Part shown: piece by piece, positions 48,563 through 59,244 of the stretch
Layout of the letters: every line of letters starts with the position of its first letter
Position numbering within the stretch: the first letter of the stretch is position 1
Assembly (NCBI GenBank): GCA_900769815.1
Contig: CAAGID010000037.1
Coordinates: 13,115-77,114, forward strand
Direction of reading: 5' to 3'
From: Clostridia bacterium
Lineage (GTDB): Bacteria > Bacillota > Clostridia > Christensenellales > QALW01
Length of the DNA: 64,000 nt
Made by a program: the position numbers and the translations under genes
Notes under the pieces: model-generated
The model's database searches: none
What the model was told of the DNA's origin: nothing
Seen by the model: only the letters and a program-made list of their open reading frames with translations

Positions 48563-49459
48563 TTAAATATATTTATCCATAATTTCTTTTATAGAATATT
48601 CATCCTTGGCATCGGGACGGGCTTCCTTAAAAAGCTCCCATTTCTCAACGTGAACTGCAGTTGCATCGGGGGGAAGATGATATAAGGGGGATAGCGTTTC
48701 ACACTCCGTCATAAAATCACAGCAGTAGGTTTCAAAGGAAACGCCTAAATCGGGATAAACTGCATCGGGCTCAACAGGATAGCGTTTAATAAAGAGGCAA
48801 TCCTTATTAAAAAGTCCCATCCAGCCTTGCTGGTTATCCATACCGATTTTAAATAACTTTTCATTTTTAGGCTCATTACTTATCGTAATATATTTTTCGC
48901 CCCAATAAACGCGGGGGTCGTTAAGGTCGGTGTATGCCCAAAGTGCAATTCTTCGGTTAGGTAAATACTGATGATATTTTTCAGGCTCAGGGATAATTTC
49001 AAGACCGCCCTTATCACAAACTGTAATAGCCCAGGCGGCAAGGTCAACGTCCCAAGCACCGATATTGGTGATGCGGTGTTCAACTGTAACGCGGGAGGAA
49101 TCTTCAGCTAAAGTAATTACTATCTCTTTCTGTATTCTTGCAAGCTCCTCTGCATCAGGAGTAACTGTAACGGATGCACCGTCAATAGTATATTTTACGG
49201 GGAAGTTATCTGCAACGTACGTTCTTGGATAAGCCTCAGGTGCTGCCCAAAGTCTGTGTCCGCCATAAACTTTCCATTCATCTCCGCCTGTAGTACCTAT
49301 ATGGTCTTCCTTTTCACAGAACATATTTTCTCCGTCGATAAATGAATAACGGATAATTCTGGGTCCAACCTCAAGTGTAATTACGAGCTGAATAATTCCG
49401 TTTTCCATAAACAAACATTTGTCCCAACCTGCATAGGGTGCTTCGTAGATTTTTATCAT
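48563..49459 (-). CDS. Hypothetical protein (possible mutarotase-like beta-sandwich; GGHRLWAAPE motif)
   Basis: Intact 298-aa ORF. The fold guess is by eye only. Confidence 0.4.
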   Translation of the reverse strand: MIKIYEAPYAGWDKCLFMENGIIQLVITLEVGPRIIRYSFIDGENMFCEKEDHIGTTGGDEWKVYGGHRLWAAPEAYPRTYVADNFPVKYTIDGASVTVTPDAEELARIQKEIVITLAEDSSRVTVEHRITNIGAWDVDLAAWAITVCDKGGLEIIPEPEKYHQYLPNRRIALWAYTDLNDPRVYWGEKYITISNEPKNEKLFKIGMDNQQGWMGLFNKDCLFIKRYPVEPDAVYPDLGVSFETYCCDFMTECETLSPLYHLPPDATAVHVEKWELFKEARPDAKDEYSIKEIMDKYI

Positions 49460-49470
49460 ATAATTCTCCT

Positions 49471-50154
49471 TTATTTTACCTCACGCAATGAAAAATCAAT
49501 CATATCGCAGGAGGATAGTATATAAGTTATATTATTTCTTTCAATAATTTCAGCTTCCAATTTATTTACGCCATGCAAGTGCCCGTAAACGCAGTATTTA
49601 ACATTAAATTCCTCCATTTTAGGCACGAATTGGTTAAACTTAACTTTGTTTATTACAGGCGGATAGTGAAGCATCATAATTAAAGTGGAGTTTTCGTCCA
49701 TCAGCTTTTGTGCGGCAGTTAAGGTAAGCTCAAGGCGAATTTGCTCACGGGCGAAGATTTTTTTGTCTTCCTCCGTATTGCTTTCCATCCAACCGCGTGT
49801 GCCTGCAAAAACATAATCGCCTATTTTTATGGCGTCATTTTGTAAAACGAACATATTTTCAGGCAAAGCCTCACGAACCCGCGAAACGCTTGACCACCAA
49901 AAATCGTGATTTCCGCGGATAAGAATTTTCTTACCGGGAAGCTCGCCTATTGCGTGAAGGTCAGGTATCGCCTGATTTAAGTGCATCGCCCAGGAAATAT
50001 CCCCTGCAATTAAAACAATATCCTCGTCCGTTACCTTTTTAAGCCAATCTTCTTTAATTTTCTCAAAATGACCTTCCCACTTTGCACCGAACATATCCAT
50101 TGTTTTATCCATTGTGCCAGGTAAGTGCAGGTCAGAAACTGTAAATATTTTCAT
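49471..50154 (-). CDS. Metallophosphoesterase
   Basis: SDLHLPG, GDISW, GNHDFWW and GHLHG motifs. Confidence 0.85.
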   Translation of the reverse strand: MKIFTVSDLHLPGTMDKTMDMFGAKWEGHFEKIKEDWLKKVTDEDIVLIAGDISWAMHLNQAIPDLHAIGELPGKKILIRGNHDFWWSSVSRVREALPENMFVLQNDAIKIGDYVFAGTRGWMESNTEEDKKIFAREQIRLELTLTAAQKLMDENSTLIMMLHYPPVINKVKFNQFVPKMEEFNVKYCVYGHLHGVNKLEAEIIERNNITYILSSCDMIDFSLREVK

Positions 50155-50235
50155 TTTTACCCTCTCAATATGTAATATAATATCATAAATCCATTAAATT
50201 TTCAATATATTTATTAAAAAAATATAAGAGGAATA

Positions 50236-51165
50236 ATGATGGAATTTATTTTTTTAAATAAAAACGATACTTATAAATTAGATGAAAATCTTAACTTATC
50301 TCTTGCACGGAACAGAGAAATTCTTTTTACCCAAAAACTTGATAAAAGAAAGCCTCTTTGCTTTTCGGCAGATATTGATGACCGCGGTGCTATTCACGTA
50401 GGTGCAGTGTTTAAAGGGGCAATATCATATATTGTATATAATAACGGTAAGATAAACAACTTGCATCTTATGCATTTGCCTGAAAATTTTTCCGTTACGA
50501 GCCTTATCATTAACTGTGAAGACAATCTTCGCCTTAATTACTGCGTAAAATCGCCTATGGGCTGTGCGGTGATTGAATACTCTAAAAAAGGCGAAAACTG
50601 GGCAGGAAAAAATATTTATACCTGTAGAGAGGAGTTAGTTTTAAAATACGTTAAGAAGAACAAAAATCAGTGCTATACCGTTAAAAAGGACAACAATTCA
50701 TATATATTGATAAATGCATATGAGCCGGACAAAGAGATATTTTCTTCATTTAGCCCCATAGAAGACGTGCAGGGGGTTTTTGACGGTGCAGTATGGATAA
50801 ATTCGGGCTGTGCCTACTTTAACGGAGGCGAGATAGCTAAAGGCAGTAAAATATTTGCACCTGATATGAAGCGTGTTTTAATAAAAAACAACAACATATT
50901 AAAAGAGTATTCCCTTGAAAACGGATATTCGGGGGAAGCGGAAATCGATATTGATTCACGGGAATATATATTATGTGTACCAAAAAACGATAAGCGTAAA
51001 ATAGTTTCGAACCCTTTCCCAAATTTAAAATGGGAAATGCAGATGAAAAAGGGCATAGCCGAGGAGGTATATATGCACCAAAGAGCAATATTCCAGATGC
51101 AGGCTGAATTAAAAAATCTCCGTGCAACCATAAAGCGTCTTGAAGATATAGTGAAAAACAAATGA
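50236..51165 (+). CDS. Hypothetical protein with C-terminal coiled-coil
   Basis: Intact ORF with no recognisable domain. The start could be ATG 50239. Confidence 0.5.
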   Translation: MMEFIFLNKNDTYKLDENLNLSLARNREILFTQKLDKRKPLCFSADIDDRGAIHVGAVFKGAISYIVYNNGKINNLHLMHLPENFSVTSLIINCEDNLRLNYCVKSPMGCAVIEYSKKGENWAGKNIYTCREELVLKYVKKNKNQCYTVKKDNNSYILINAYEPDKEIFSSFSPIEDVQGVFDGAVWINSGCAYFNGGEIAKGSKIFAPDMKRVLIKNNNILKEYSLENGYSGEAEIDIDSREYILCVPKNDKRKIVSNPFPNLKWEMQMKKGIAEEVYMHQRAIFQMQAELKNLRATIKRLEDIVKNK

Positions 51166-51263
51166 AAATTGCTTAAATTCCAAAAACTTGAGAAAACAAG
51201 AGAAAAACAGAGTATTTAAGAGAAAATCACATAAAATCGCCCATAAATATCACAGTATAAGAA

Positions 51264-51292
51264 TTGCAATTTTTGGATAAAATAAGTATCAT
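51264..51292 (+). promoter_or_regulatory. groESL promoter TTGCAA-17-TATCAT
   Basis: ttgcaa 51264-51269 and tatcat 51287-51292, immediately upstream of CIRCE. Confidence 0.6.
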
Positions 51293-51299
51293 ATGAGTG

Positions 51300-51326
51300 T
51301 TAGCACTCAAAAGGCAAGAGTGCTAA
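51300..51326 (+). promoter_or_regulatory. CIRCE element (HrcA operator), perfect consensus
   Basis: ttagcactc-N9-gagtgctaa. Confidence 0.95.
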
Positions 51327-51346
51327 AACTGAAAGGATGTGTTTAT

Positions 51347-51622
51347 ATGAAAATATCGCCATTATTTGACAAAGTCGTAATTAAAAACTGCGAAGCAGAG
51401 GAAACCACAAAGAGCGGAATCGTGCTTACAGGTACTGCAAAGGAGAAGCCTCAGTTTGCAGAAGTTATTGCAGTTGGTCCCGGCACAAAGGACGTTACAA
51501 TGCAGGTTGCAGTTGGTCAGAAGGTTGTTTACAGCCAGTATGCAGGTACCAACGTTAAGCTTGACGGCAGTGAATATATTGTAATCAGTCAGAATGATAT
51601 TTTAGGTATCATTGAAGATTAA
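51347..51622 (+). CDS. groES: Co-chaperonin GroES
   Basis: MKISPLFDKVVIK...SGIVL. Start moved to ATG 51347 (RBS gaaagga). Confidence 0.95.
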   Translation: MKISPLFDKVVIKNCEAEETTKSGIVLTGTAKEKPQFAEVIAVGPGTKDVTMQVAVGQKVVYSQYAGTNVKLDGSEYIVISQNDILGIIED

Positions 51623-51633
51623 GGAGGAAATAA

Positions 51634-53262
<1,629 letters not shown>

Positions 53263-53282
53263 AATTAAAAGGAGAGAAAATA

Positions 53283-53465
53283 GGCCAAGTATCCTTATGG
53301 GTACTTGGCCAGTTTTATTCGCTTCAGGCGAGTTGTATTGCTTCGTAGTGATATTCGGCTAACGCCGAGTGGTATTATCTTTGGCAGTTTATGGCGAATA
53401 AAAGACCACTGAAACCACAAGGTTTCAATAACACTATTGCAAATCAATAATATCACTCTACTTGT
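53283..53465 (+). repeat. Copy B of the structured repeat family (starts with the groEL terminator hairpin)
   Basis: Hairpin ggccaagta.../...tacttggcc followed by agttttattcg. Block ggcgaataaaagaccactgaaaccacaaggtttcaataacactattgc is ~80% identical by eye to the reverse complement of 54366-54414. Confidence 0.7.
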
Positions 53466-53510
53466 TTATTTATGCTTAATATGGTATAATGTCTGTAAGG
53501 TGGTGATACA

Positions 53511-54056
53511 ATGTCACAATCTCAAAAAATGAAAAAAGCTCTGGATAAATATGTTATACCAACTCTTACTGAAAAAGGATTTGTAGGTAAATATCCAAAT
53601 TATAAAAAAGTATATGATGATAGAATTGAGTTGTTGGTTTTTGATATTAATAAATGGGGTAACTCATTTACTATTGGAATATCCACAATTTTTTTACCGG
53701 AATCAAAAAGGAATAGCAACTGTTATACAACTAGTTTTGAAAAAATAGAAGATGCAACCGTTTGGAGTACGATTGATAGATACTGTTTACGAGGTATGTA
53801 CGATGGATGGTTTTATTACACAGATGTATACAAACAAAAAATCGGGTTTTTAACGATTTATAACGCTGTTAGCGAAGCTAAAGCAAAAGATTACATTCCT
53901 GCAAAAAATGAAGTACTGGTTCAAAAAGCGGATGATGAGATTTATCGCAAAGTATGTGAGGAAGTCAACAAGCAAATGGTCAAAGCTTTTAAATGGTGGG
54001 ATGCTTTTAATAAAAACAATAGGATTAAAATGAAATTATTAGAGTTTTTTGGTTAA
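53511..54056 (+). CDS. DUF4304-like hypothetical protein
   Basis: N-terminal LDKYVIPTLTEKGFVGKYPNYKK...NKWGNSFTIGIS pattern resembles DUF4304. Terminators at ~54162-54195 and ~54248-54275. Confidence 0.45.
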   Translation: MSQSQKMKKALDKYVIPTLTEKGFVGKYPNYKKVYDDRIELLVFDINKWGNSFTIGISTIFLPESKRNSNCYTTSFEKIEDATVWSTIDRYCLRGMYDGWFYYTDVYKQKIGFLTIYNAVSEAKAKDYIPAKNEVLVQKADDEIYRKVCEEVNKQMVKAFKWWDAFNKNNRIKMKLLEFFG

Positions 54057-54299
54057 ATAATTCTTAATTGCTTTGAGTTGGTAAAAGGGTTTTAGGTTGG
54101 CCTAACAAGTGGAAAATGTGATATATATTTTCCCTGCTTGTCATAGTGTGAGACAAAACTAAAAGCTGTATGGAATTTCCACACAGCTTTTTTACTGTAC
54201 GCAAGAGTACAACCCTTAAAGTCCTCTCCTTTTTTCAAAGGACATAAAGCGGTGAAAATCCACCGCTTTTATATTTTTTAAGTATGCACAAGGTTGCGT

Positions 54300-54525
54300 G
54301 CCTTTAGCGACTTACCTTGTGTAAAGTGTTTTTCTCGGCAGGCAAAGAGATATTTTTGTTTTACAGCAAAAGTAATATTGAAACCTTACGATTTCAGTTG
54401 TATTATATTCGCCCGTAAAACTGCAGTAGGCAATATCACTATGCGTAGCATAATATCATTGCACAGCAATAGCACTCGCCGTCAGGCGAATATAACTGAG
54501 GCACCGTACTTATAGAGGGTGTCTC
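54300..54525 (-). repeat. Copy C of the structured repeat family (inverted; starts at the nadE stop codon)
   Basis: The reverse complement of 54487-54505 reads ggtgcctcagttatattcg. Copy A at 41897-41915 reads ggtgcctcagctatattcg. Confidence 0.7.
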
Positions 54526-55265
54526 TACTTGGTGGCTTTTTCTTCAATATGTGGGTCGAAGATGGGCATAAACTGAAGCTTAAATAAATTCATTTTATGC
54601 TTGCGGTCAATAATGGCTTTTTTGTCCAAATCGTCAATTTTGCCTGTGCGGATATAGGTATCAAGTTCAAGATAGGTAAAGCCTAAATTTTCTTCATCGG
54701 TTTTTCCACAAAGACCGTCAATGGGAGTTTTATCAACAAGCTCATCAGGTAAACCTAATAAGCGACCTATTTTCTTGACCTCCTGCACCGTCAATTTTGA
54801 CATAGGCGAAAAATCGCCTGCCGCATCGCCGTAGCGGGTGGAGTAGCCTACCCAGTCCTCTGAAAGATTGCAGGTGTTACAAACTCTGCCGTTAAAGCTC
54901 TGTGAAACGGCATAAAGGGTTGACATTCTTATTCTTGGCGGAAGATTCTGTTTTGTCTGCTCGCTTACAGGGAAATCAAGATTTTTGATAACGCCCTCGA
55001 CGGCATCCTTAATATTTATTACGTGATATTTTATTCCTAAATGATTTACAAGCATATATGCCTTGTCAATATCGTGTTGCTCTCCGCAGGGCATTAAAAC
55101 ACCGATAACGCGTTCCTTACCTAACGCTTCAACACAAAGCGCGGCGGCAACGGAGCTATCTTTGCCACCTGAAATACCTACAACGGCATTACAGTCTTTG
55201 CCGTTTTCTTCAAAAAAATCTCTTATCCATTGTACGCATTGATTTTTAATATTTACCATATCCAT
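54525..55265 (-). CDS. nadE: Ammonia-dependent NAD+ synthetase
   Basis: GISGGKDSSV PP-loop motif. 246 aa. Confidence 0.9.
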   Translation of the reverse strand: MDMVNIKNQCVQWIRDFFEENGKDCNAVVGISGGKDSSVAAALCVEALGKERVIGVLMPCGEQHDIDKAYMLVNHLGIKYHVINIKDAVEGVIKNLDFPVSEQTKQNLPPRIRMSTLYAVSQSFNGRVCNTCNLSEDWVGYSTRYGDAAGDFSPMSKLTVQEVKKIGRLLGLPDELVDKTPIDGLCGKTDEENLGFTYLELDTYIRTGKIDDLDKKAIIDRKHKMNLFKLQFMPIFDPHIEEKATK

Positions 55266-55390
55266 TATAAAAATCCTCCTATTACGTTAATTTGATTATA
55301 GTATGCCCGCAATAAGATGTCAAACGCTTTTTTAAAATGTGTTGAATGTTATTTAAAAATATAGTATAATAAATAAATGGAGGATGAAAA

Positions 55391-55654
55391 ATGATACATT
55401 CGCAATTAAGACTTCGTAAAATTGATAATAAAAACTTTGTTGTAGCAGTAGGCAAAAAAAGCGTGTCATTTAAAAATACTGTAAAGCTTAACGATACAGC
55501 CGCCGAAATATTTTTACTGCTTCAAAAAAATAAAAGTAAAGAGGATATTGCGCGTTATTTTGAAGAGGAATATAACGTTTCATTTGAAACTGCACTTTCC
55601 GATATAAATAGTGTTATTTCAGAATTTGAAAAGGCAGGTTTTTTCAATGATTGA
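55391..55654 (+). CDS. PqqD-family (RiPP recognition element-like) protein
   Basis: 87 aa. LNDTAAEIFLLLQKNKSKEDIARYFEEEYNVSFETALSDINSVISEFEKAGFF fits the PqqD/RRE pattern. Confidence 0.65.
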   Translation: MIHSQLRLRKIDNKNFVVAVGKKSVSFKNTVKLNDTAAEIFLLLQKNKSKEDIARYFEEEYNVSFETALSDINSVISEFEKAGFFND

Positions 55655-56087
55655 AGGTAATATTGAAGAAATGCTCTCCACAGAAGGCGTATATATAACA
55701 ACTACCGTTGGTGTAAGTATGTATCCCTTATTAAAAAACCGCAGGGATAACGTTGTCATCCGCCCTGTAACGAAAAAACTAAAAAAATACGACGTGCCCT
55801 TATACAAAAGAGGCGATAAATATTTGCTGCACAGAATTATCGGCATAAAAGAAAATGGCTACATAATCCGCGGAGATAACTGTGATAAAAAAGAGTTTGA
55901 TATTACCGATGAAAATATTATCGGCGTTCTTGATGCTCTTTGGCGTAAGGAAAAGTTTTTTACTGTTGAAAATTTTTATTATAAATGTTACAGCCGTATT
56001 ATTGTGTTTTTCTATCCGGTAAGGATGTTATATAGGAAAACGAGATACTGCTTGTCAAGAATAAAAAACAAGTTGCTTAAGTCATAA
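55647..56087 (+). CDS. S24/S26-family (signal-peptidase/LexA-like) serine peptidase
   Basis: GVSMYPLL Ser motif and LLHRIIG...IIRGDN. ATG 55647 overlaps the PqqD-like stop codon by 8 nt. Confidence 0.65.
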   Translation: MIEGNIEEMLSTEGVYITTTVGVSMYPLLKNRRDNVVIRPVTKKLKKYDVPLYKRGDKYLLHRIIGIKENGYIIRGDNCDKKEFDITDENIIGVLDALWRKEKFFTVENFYYKCYSRIIVFFYPVRMLYRKTRYCLSRIKNKLLKS

Positions 56088-56099
56088 AATCCTTTCTAT

Positions 56100-56127
56100 T
56101 TGACAATATTCCTTTTTAGGGTATAAT
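56100..56127 (+). promoter_or_regulatory. Promoter TTGACA-16-TATAAT
   Basis: ttgaca 56100-56105 and tataat 56122-56127, upstream of the sugar transferase gene. Confidence 0.6.
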
Positions 56128-56157
56128 ATTAGTGATAAAAATATGGAGCTTAAATAA

Positions 56158-56796
56158 ATGAAAGAACAACAATTGAGGCGTATGTATGAGGTGCCTGATA
56201 TAAAGCCCAAGGACGCACCTGTTTACAACTTCATAAAGCGTGTATTTGATATTATAACTGCACTTATTGCTCTTATTATATGCTTCGTACCTTCAATAAT
56301 TGTTGCAATAATTATTAAGTGCGATTCTGTTGGACCCGTTATTTATAAGCAGGAACGGTTAGGTAAAAACGGCAAAAGTTTTATGCTTTATAAATTCCGT
56401 TCAATGCACATTGATGCTGAAAACGAAGGTGCAAAGTGGGCGGCTGAAAACGATACTCGCTGTACCCGCGTGGGCAAATTCTTAAGAAAATCGCGAATTG
56501 ATGAAATTCCTCAGTTTATAAATATCATAAAAGGCGATATGAGCTTTGTTGGACCACGTCCTGAAAGACCATTCTTTTACAAGGTCTTTGAGGAAACTAT
56601 TCACGGCTTTTCGCACCGCCTTAATGTAACTCCGGGACTTACGGGACTTGCCCAGGTAAACGGCGGTTATGATTTATTACCTGAGGAAAAGATAGTTTTT
56701 GATATGCAGTATATTCAAAATCGCTCTCTGTGGCTTGATATTAAGTGCGTATTAAAGACAGTTTTAATAATATTTAATCATAAAGGTGCAAGATAG
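56158..56796 (+). CDS. Undecaprenyl-phosphate sugar phosphotransferase (bacterial sugar transferase family)
   Basis: KFRSM...DEIPQFINIIKGDMSFVGPRPERP motif. Confidence 0.9.
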   Translation: MKEQQLRRMYEVPDIKPKDAPVYNFIKRVFDIITALIALIICFVPSIIVAIIIKCDSVGPVIYKQERLGKNGKSFMLYKFRSMHIDAENEGAKWAAENDTRCTRVGKFLRKSRIDEIPQFINIIKGDMSFVGPRPERPFFYKVFEETIHGFSHRLNVTPGLTGLAQVNGGYDLLPEEKIVFDMQYIQNRSLWLDIKCVLKTVLIIFNHKGAR

Positions 56797-56797
56797 T

Positions 56798-57769
56798 ATG
56801 AAGAAAGTGCTTATTATCACACCTTTTTTCTTTGATTACCATAAGCGAATCAAGGAAGCTCTTGAGGATAAAGGTGTTTTTGTAACGTTAATTGACGAAC
56901 GTCCTTCACACAGTGCCTTTGCAAAAATTCTTTTGCGTAAAAATGCAAAAATTTACCACAGAACAGTTGAAAAGTATTTTTTAAATCTTTTAACTCTTGA
57001 TGATGACTACGACTACGTTCTTTATATCAAATGTGAGGCACCGACAAAATTAACTTTACAAATATTAAAAGAGCATTTTAAAAAGGCAAAGCATATTTTA
57101 TATCTTTGGGATTCCGTTAAAAACGTTAAAGGTATTGGAGAGAAATTTCAATATTTTGATAAAATCTACTCCTTTGATAATGATGACGTGGTAAAATATC
57201 CCTTTATAGAGTATGCCTACTGGGGCTATACAAAGGAATTTACTGAAAAATCTTTGGCTCCTGAATATGACCTTGCTTTTGTTGGTACACTTCATTCAAT
57301 TCGTCCCAAGGTAATTGCTGAAATTGAAAAGCAGTGTGAAGAACAAGGACTTAATTTCTATAAATACGTTTATATGCCCCATAAAATCGTGTATTGGTAT
57401 AACCGCCTTTTTAATCCCTACTTTAAGAACGTAAAGAAAAAGGATATAAATTTTAAACCTCTTTCAACTAAAGATACTATTGAGGTTTACAGAAAATCAA
57501 AGGCAGTTCTCGAAATTGAAAATATCTATCAGTCAGGTGCCACAACACGTCTTGGCGAAATGATAGGTATGGAAAAGAAAATTGTTACTACCTTTGATTG
57601 CAAGGATATGGATTTTTATAATAAAAATAATCAGCTTGTTCTTGATATAAAAAACGTAAAAATAAATAAGGGTTTTTTTGAAAACCCTTACGAAAAAATA
57701 CCTGATGAAATTAAAAAAAAGTATAGCTTTGATAATTTTATAAATATTATTTTTAACGGTGCTATCTGA
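56798..57769 (+). CDS. Hypothetical polysaccharide-biosynthesis-associated protein
   Basis: Follows the sugar transferase with a 1-nt gap. Start moved to ATG 56798. No domain recognised. Confidence 0.45.
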   Translation: MKKVLIITPFFFDYHKRIKEALEDKGVFVTLIDERPSHSAFAKILLRKNAKIYHRTVEKYFLNLLTLDDDYDYVLYIKCEAPTKLTLQILKEHFKKAKHILYLWDSVKNVKGIGEKFQYFDKIYSFDNDDVVKYPFIEYAYWGYTKEFTEKSLAPEYDLAFVGTLHSIRPKVIAEIEKQCEEQGLNFYKYVYMPHKIVYWYNRLFNPYFKNVKKKDINFKPLSTKDTIEVYRKSKAVLEIENIYQSGATTRLGEMIGMEKKIVTTFDCKDMDFYNKNNQLVLDIKNVKINKGFFENPYEKIPDEIKKKYSFDNFINIIFNGAI

Positions 57770-57864
57770 TAGCATCGTTTTTTTTATATCAAAAAAACAA
57801 AGTAAATAATCCCCCGAAAAAGTCCGAGGGATTATGGTCGCAAGAATTTATTGCTCTCTGATTT

Positions 57865-58998
57865 TTATCTTTCGAGGATAGAAACCTCAGTATCCTTATC
57901 AAATAAATGAATACGGTTGGGGTCAAATGCAAGAACAACGTCGTCGCCTGCCATAATTGTTGAACGGGGGTTAACACGGGCAATGGGGTTATCTGCCTGA
58001 TCCTTAATAAATGCGTCCATCTCAAGGTGAACAAGTGTTTCATAACCGAGCTTTTCGAGAAGTTCAACGTGAGCCTTAATCTTTGCTGTGGGGTGTGACT
58101 CAATGAATACCTGCTCATCGTGGATATCGTCGGGACGGATACCAAGGATAACGTCCTTACCAATGTAACTCTGGTCAGTAAGTTTAGCAACAACGCCTTC
58201 AGGAAGCTCAACCTTGTTTTCGCCCAAGTGTGCGATAACCTTGTCGCCCTCACGGATAAGTGTTGCAGCAAAGAAGTTCATCTGAGGAGTACCGATGAAG
58301 CCTGCAACGAACTTGTTGCAAGGATAATCATAGAGGTTCTGAGGAGTATCAACCTGCTGAATAAAGCCGTCCTTCATAACAACGATACGAGTACCCATTG
58401 TCATAGCTTCTGTCTGGTCGTGTGTAACGTAAATGAAGGTTGTGTTAAGACGCTTATGAAGTCTTGTAATTTCAGTTCTCATCTGAACACGAAGCTTAGC
58501 GTCAAGGTTTGAAAGAGGTTCGTCCATAAGGAATACCATAGGCTCACGAACGATAGCACGGCCTAAAGCAACACGCTGACGCTGACCGCCTGAAAGAGCC
58601 TTGGGCTTTCTCTGAAGATATTCTTCAATGCCTAATGCCTTTGCAGCTTCCTTAACTTTCTTGTCAATTTCGCCCTTATGAACCTTACGGAGCTTAAGAC
58701 CGAAAGCCATATTATCATAAACTGTCATGTGGGGATAAAGAGCATAGTTCTGGAAAACCATTGCAATATCTCTATCCTTAGGTGCAACGTCGTTCATAAG
58801 CTTATCGCCGATGAAGAGCTCACCTTCTGTAATTTCCTCAAGACCTGCAACCATACGAAGTGTAGTTGACTTACCGCAACCTGAGGGTCCAACGAGAACG
58901 ATAAATTCCTTGTCCTTAATTACAAGGTTAAAGTCATTAACAGCGGTAACGCCGCCTGCGTAAACCTTGTATATATGTCTTAATGTAACGCCTGCCAT
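57865..58998 (-). CDS. Sugar ABC transporter ATP-binding protein (MsmK/UgpC/MalK type)
   Basis: Walker A GPSGCGKST, signature LSGGQRQR, and a C-terminal TOBE-like region. Terminator at ~57808-57836. Confidence 0.9.
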   Translation of the reverse strand: MAGVTLRHIYKVYAGGVTAVNDFNLVIKDKEFIVLVGPSGCGKSTTLRMVAGLEEITEGELFIGDKLMNDVAPKDRDIAMVFQNYALYPHMTVYDNMAFGLKLRKVHKGEIDKKVKEAAKALGIEEYLQRKPKALSGGQRQRVALGRAIVREPMVFLMDEPLSNLDAKLRVQMRTEITRLHKRLNTTFIYVTHDQTEAMTMGTRIVVMKDGFIQQVDTPQNLYDYPCNKFVAGFIGTPQMNFFAATLIREGDKVIAHLGENKVELPEGVVAKLTDQSYIGKDVILGIRPDDIHDEQVFIESHPTAKIKAHVELLEKLGYETLVHLEMDAFIKDQADNPIARVNPRSTIMAGDDVVLAFDPNRIHLFDKDTEVSILER

Positions 58999-59244
58999 AA
59001 AAACAGTCCTCCTATAATTTATTTATGTACCTATTATAGCATTGAATTGGGTTTTGCGCCACTGTCAAAATGCACAAAGTATGTAAGTAATTTGCACAAC
59101 GTTAATGGCAAAGTGTAAAAAATTCTTGAAACCTCGGACTGTGAGTAAATGAATAATAATAGAAAAGGTAATAAATATTGCAGATTTTATGTAAAAAAAT
59201 ACCGATGATTTCTCATCGGCATCTTAACTTATTATTTTCTGAAA

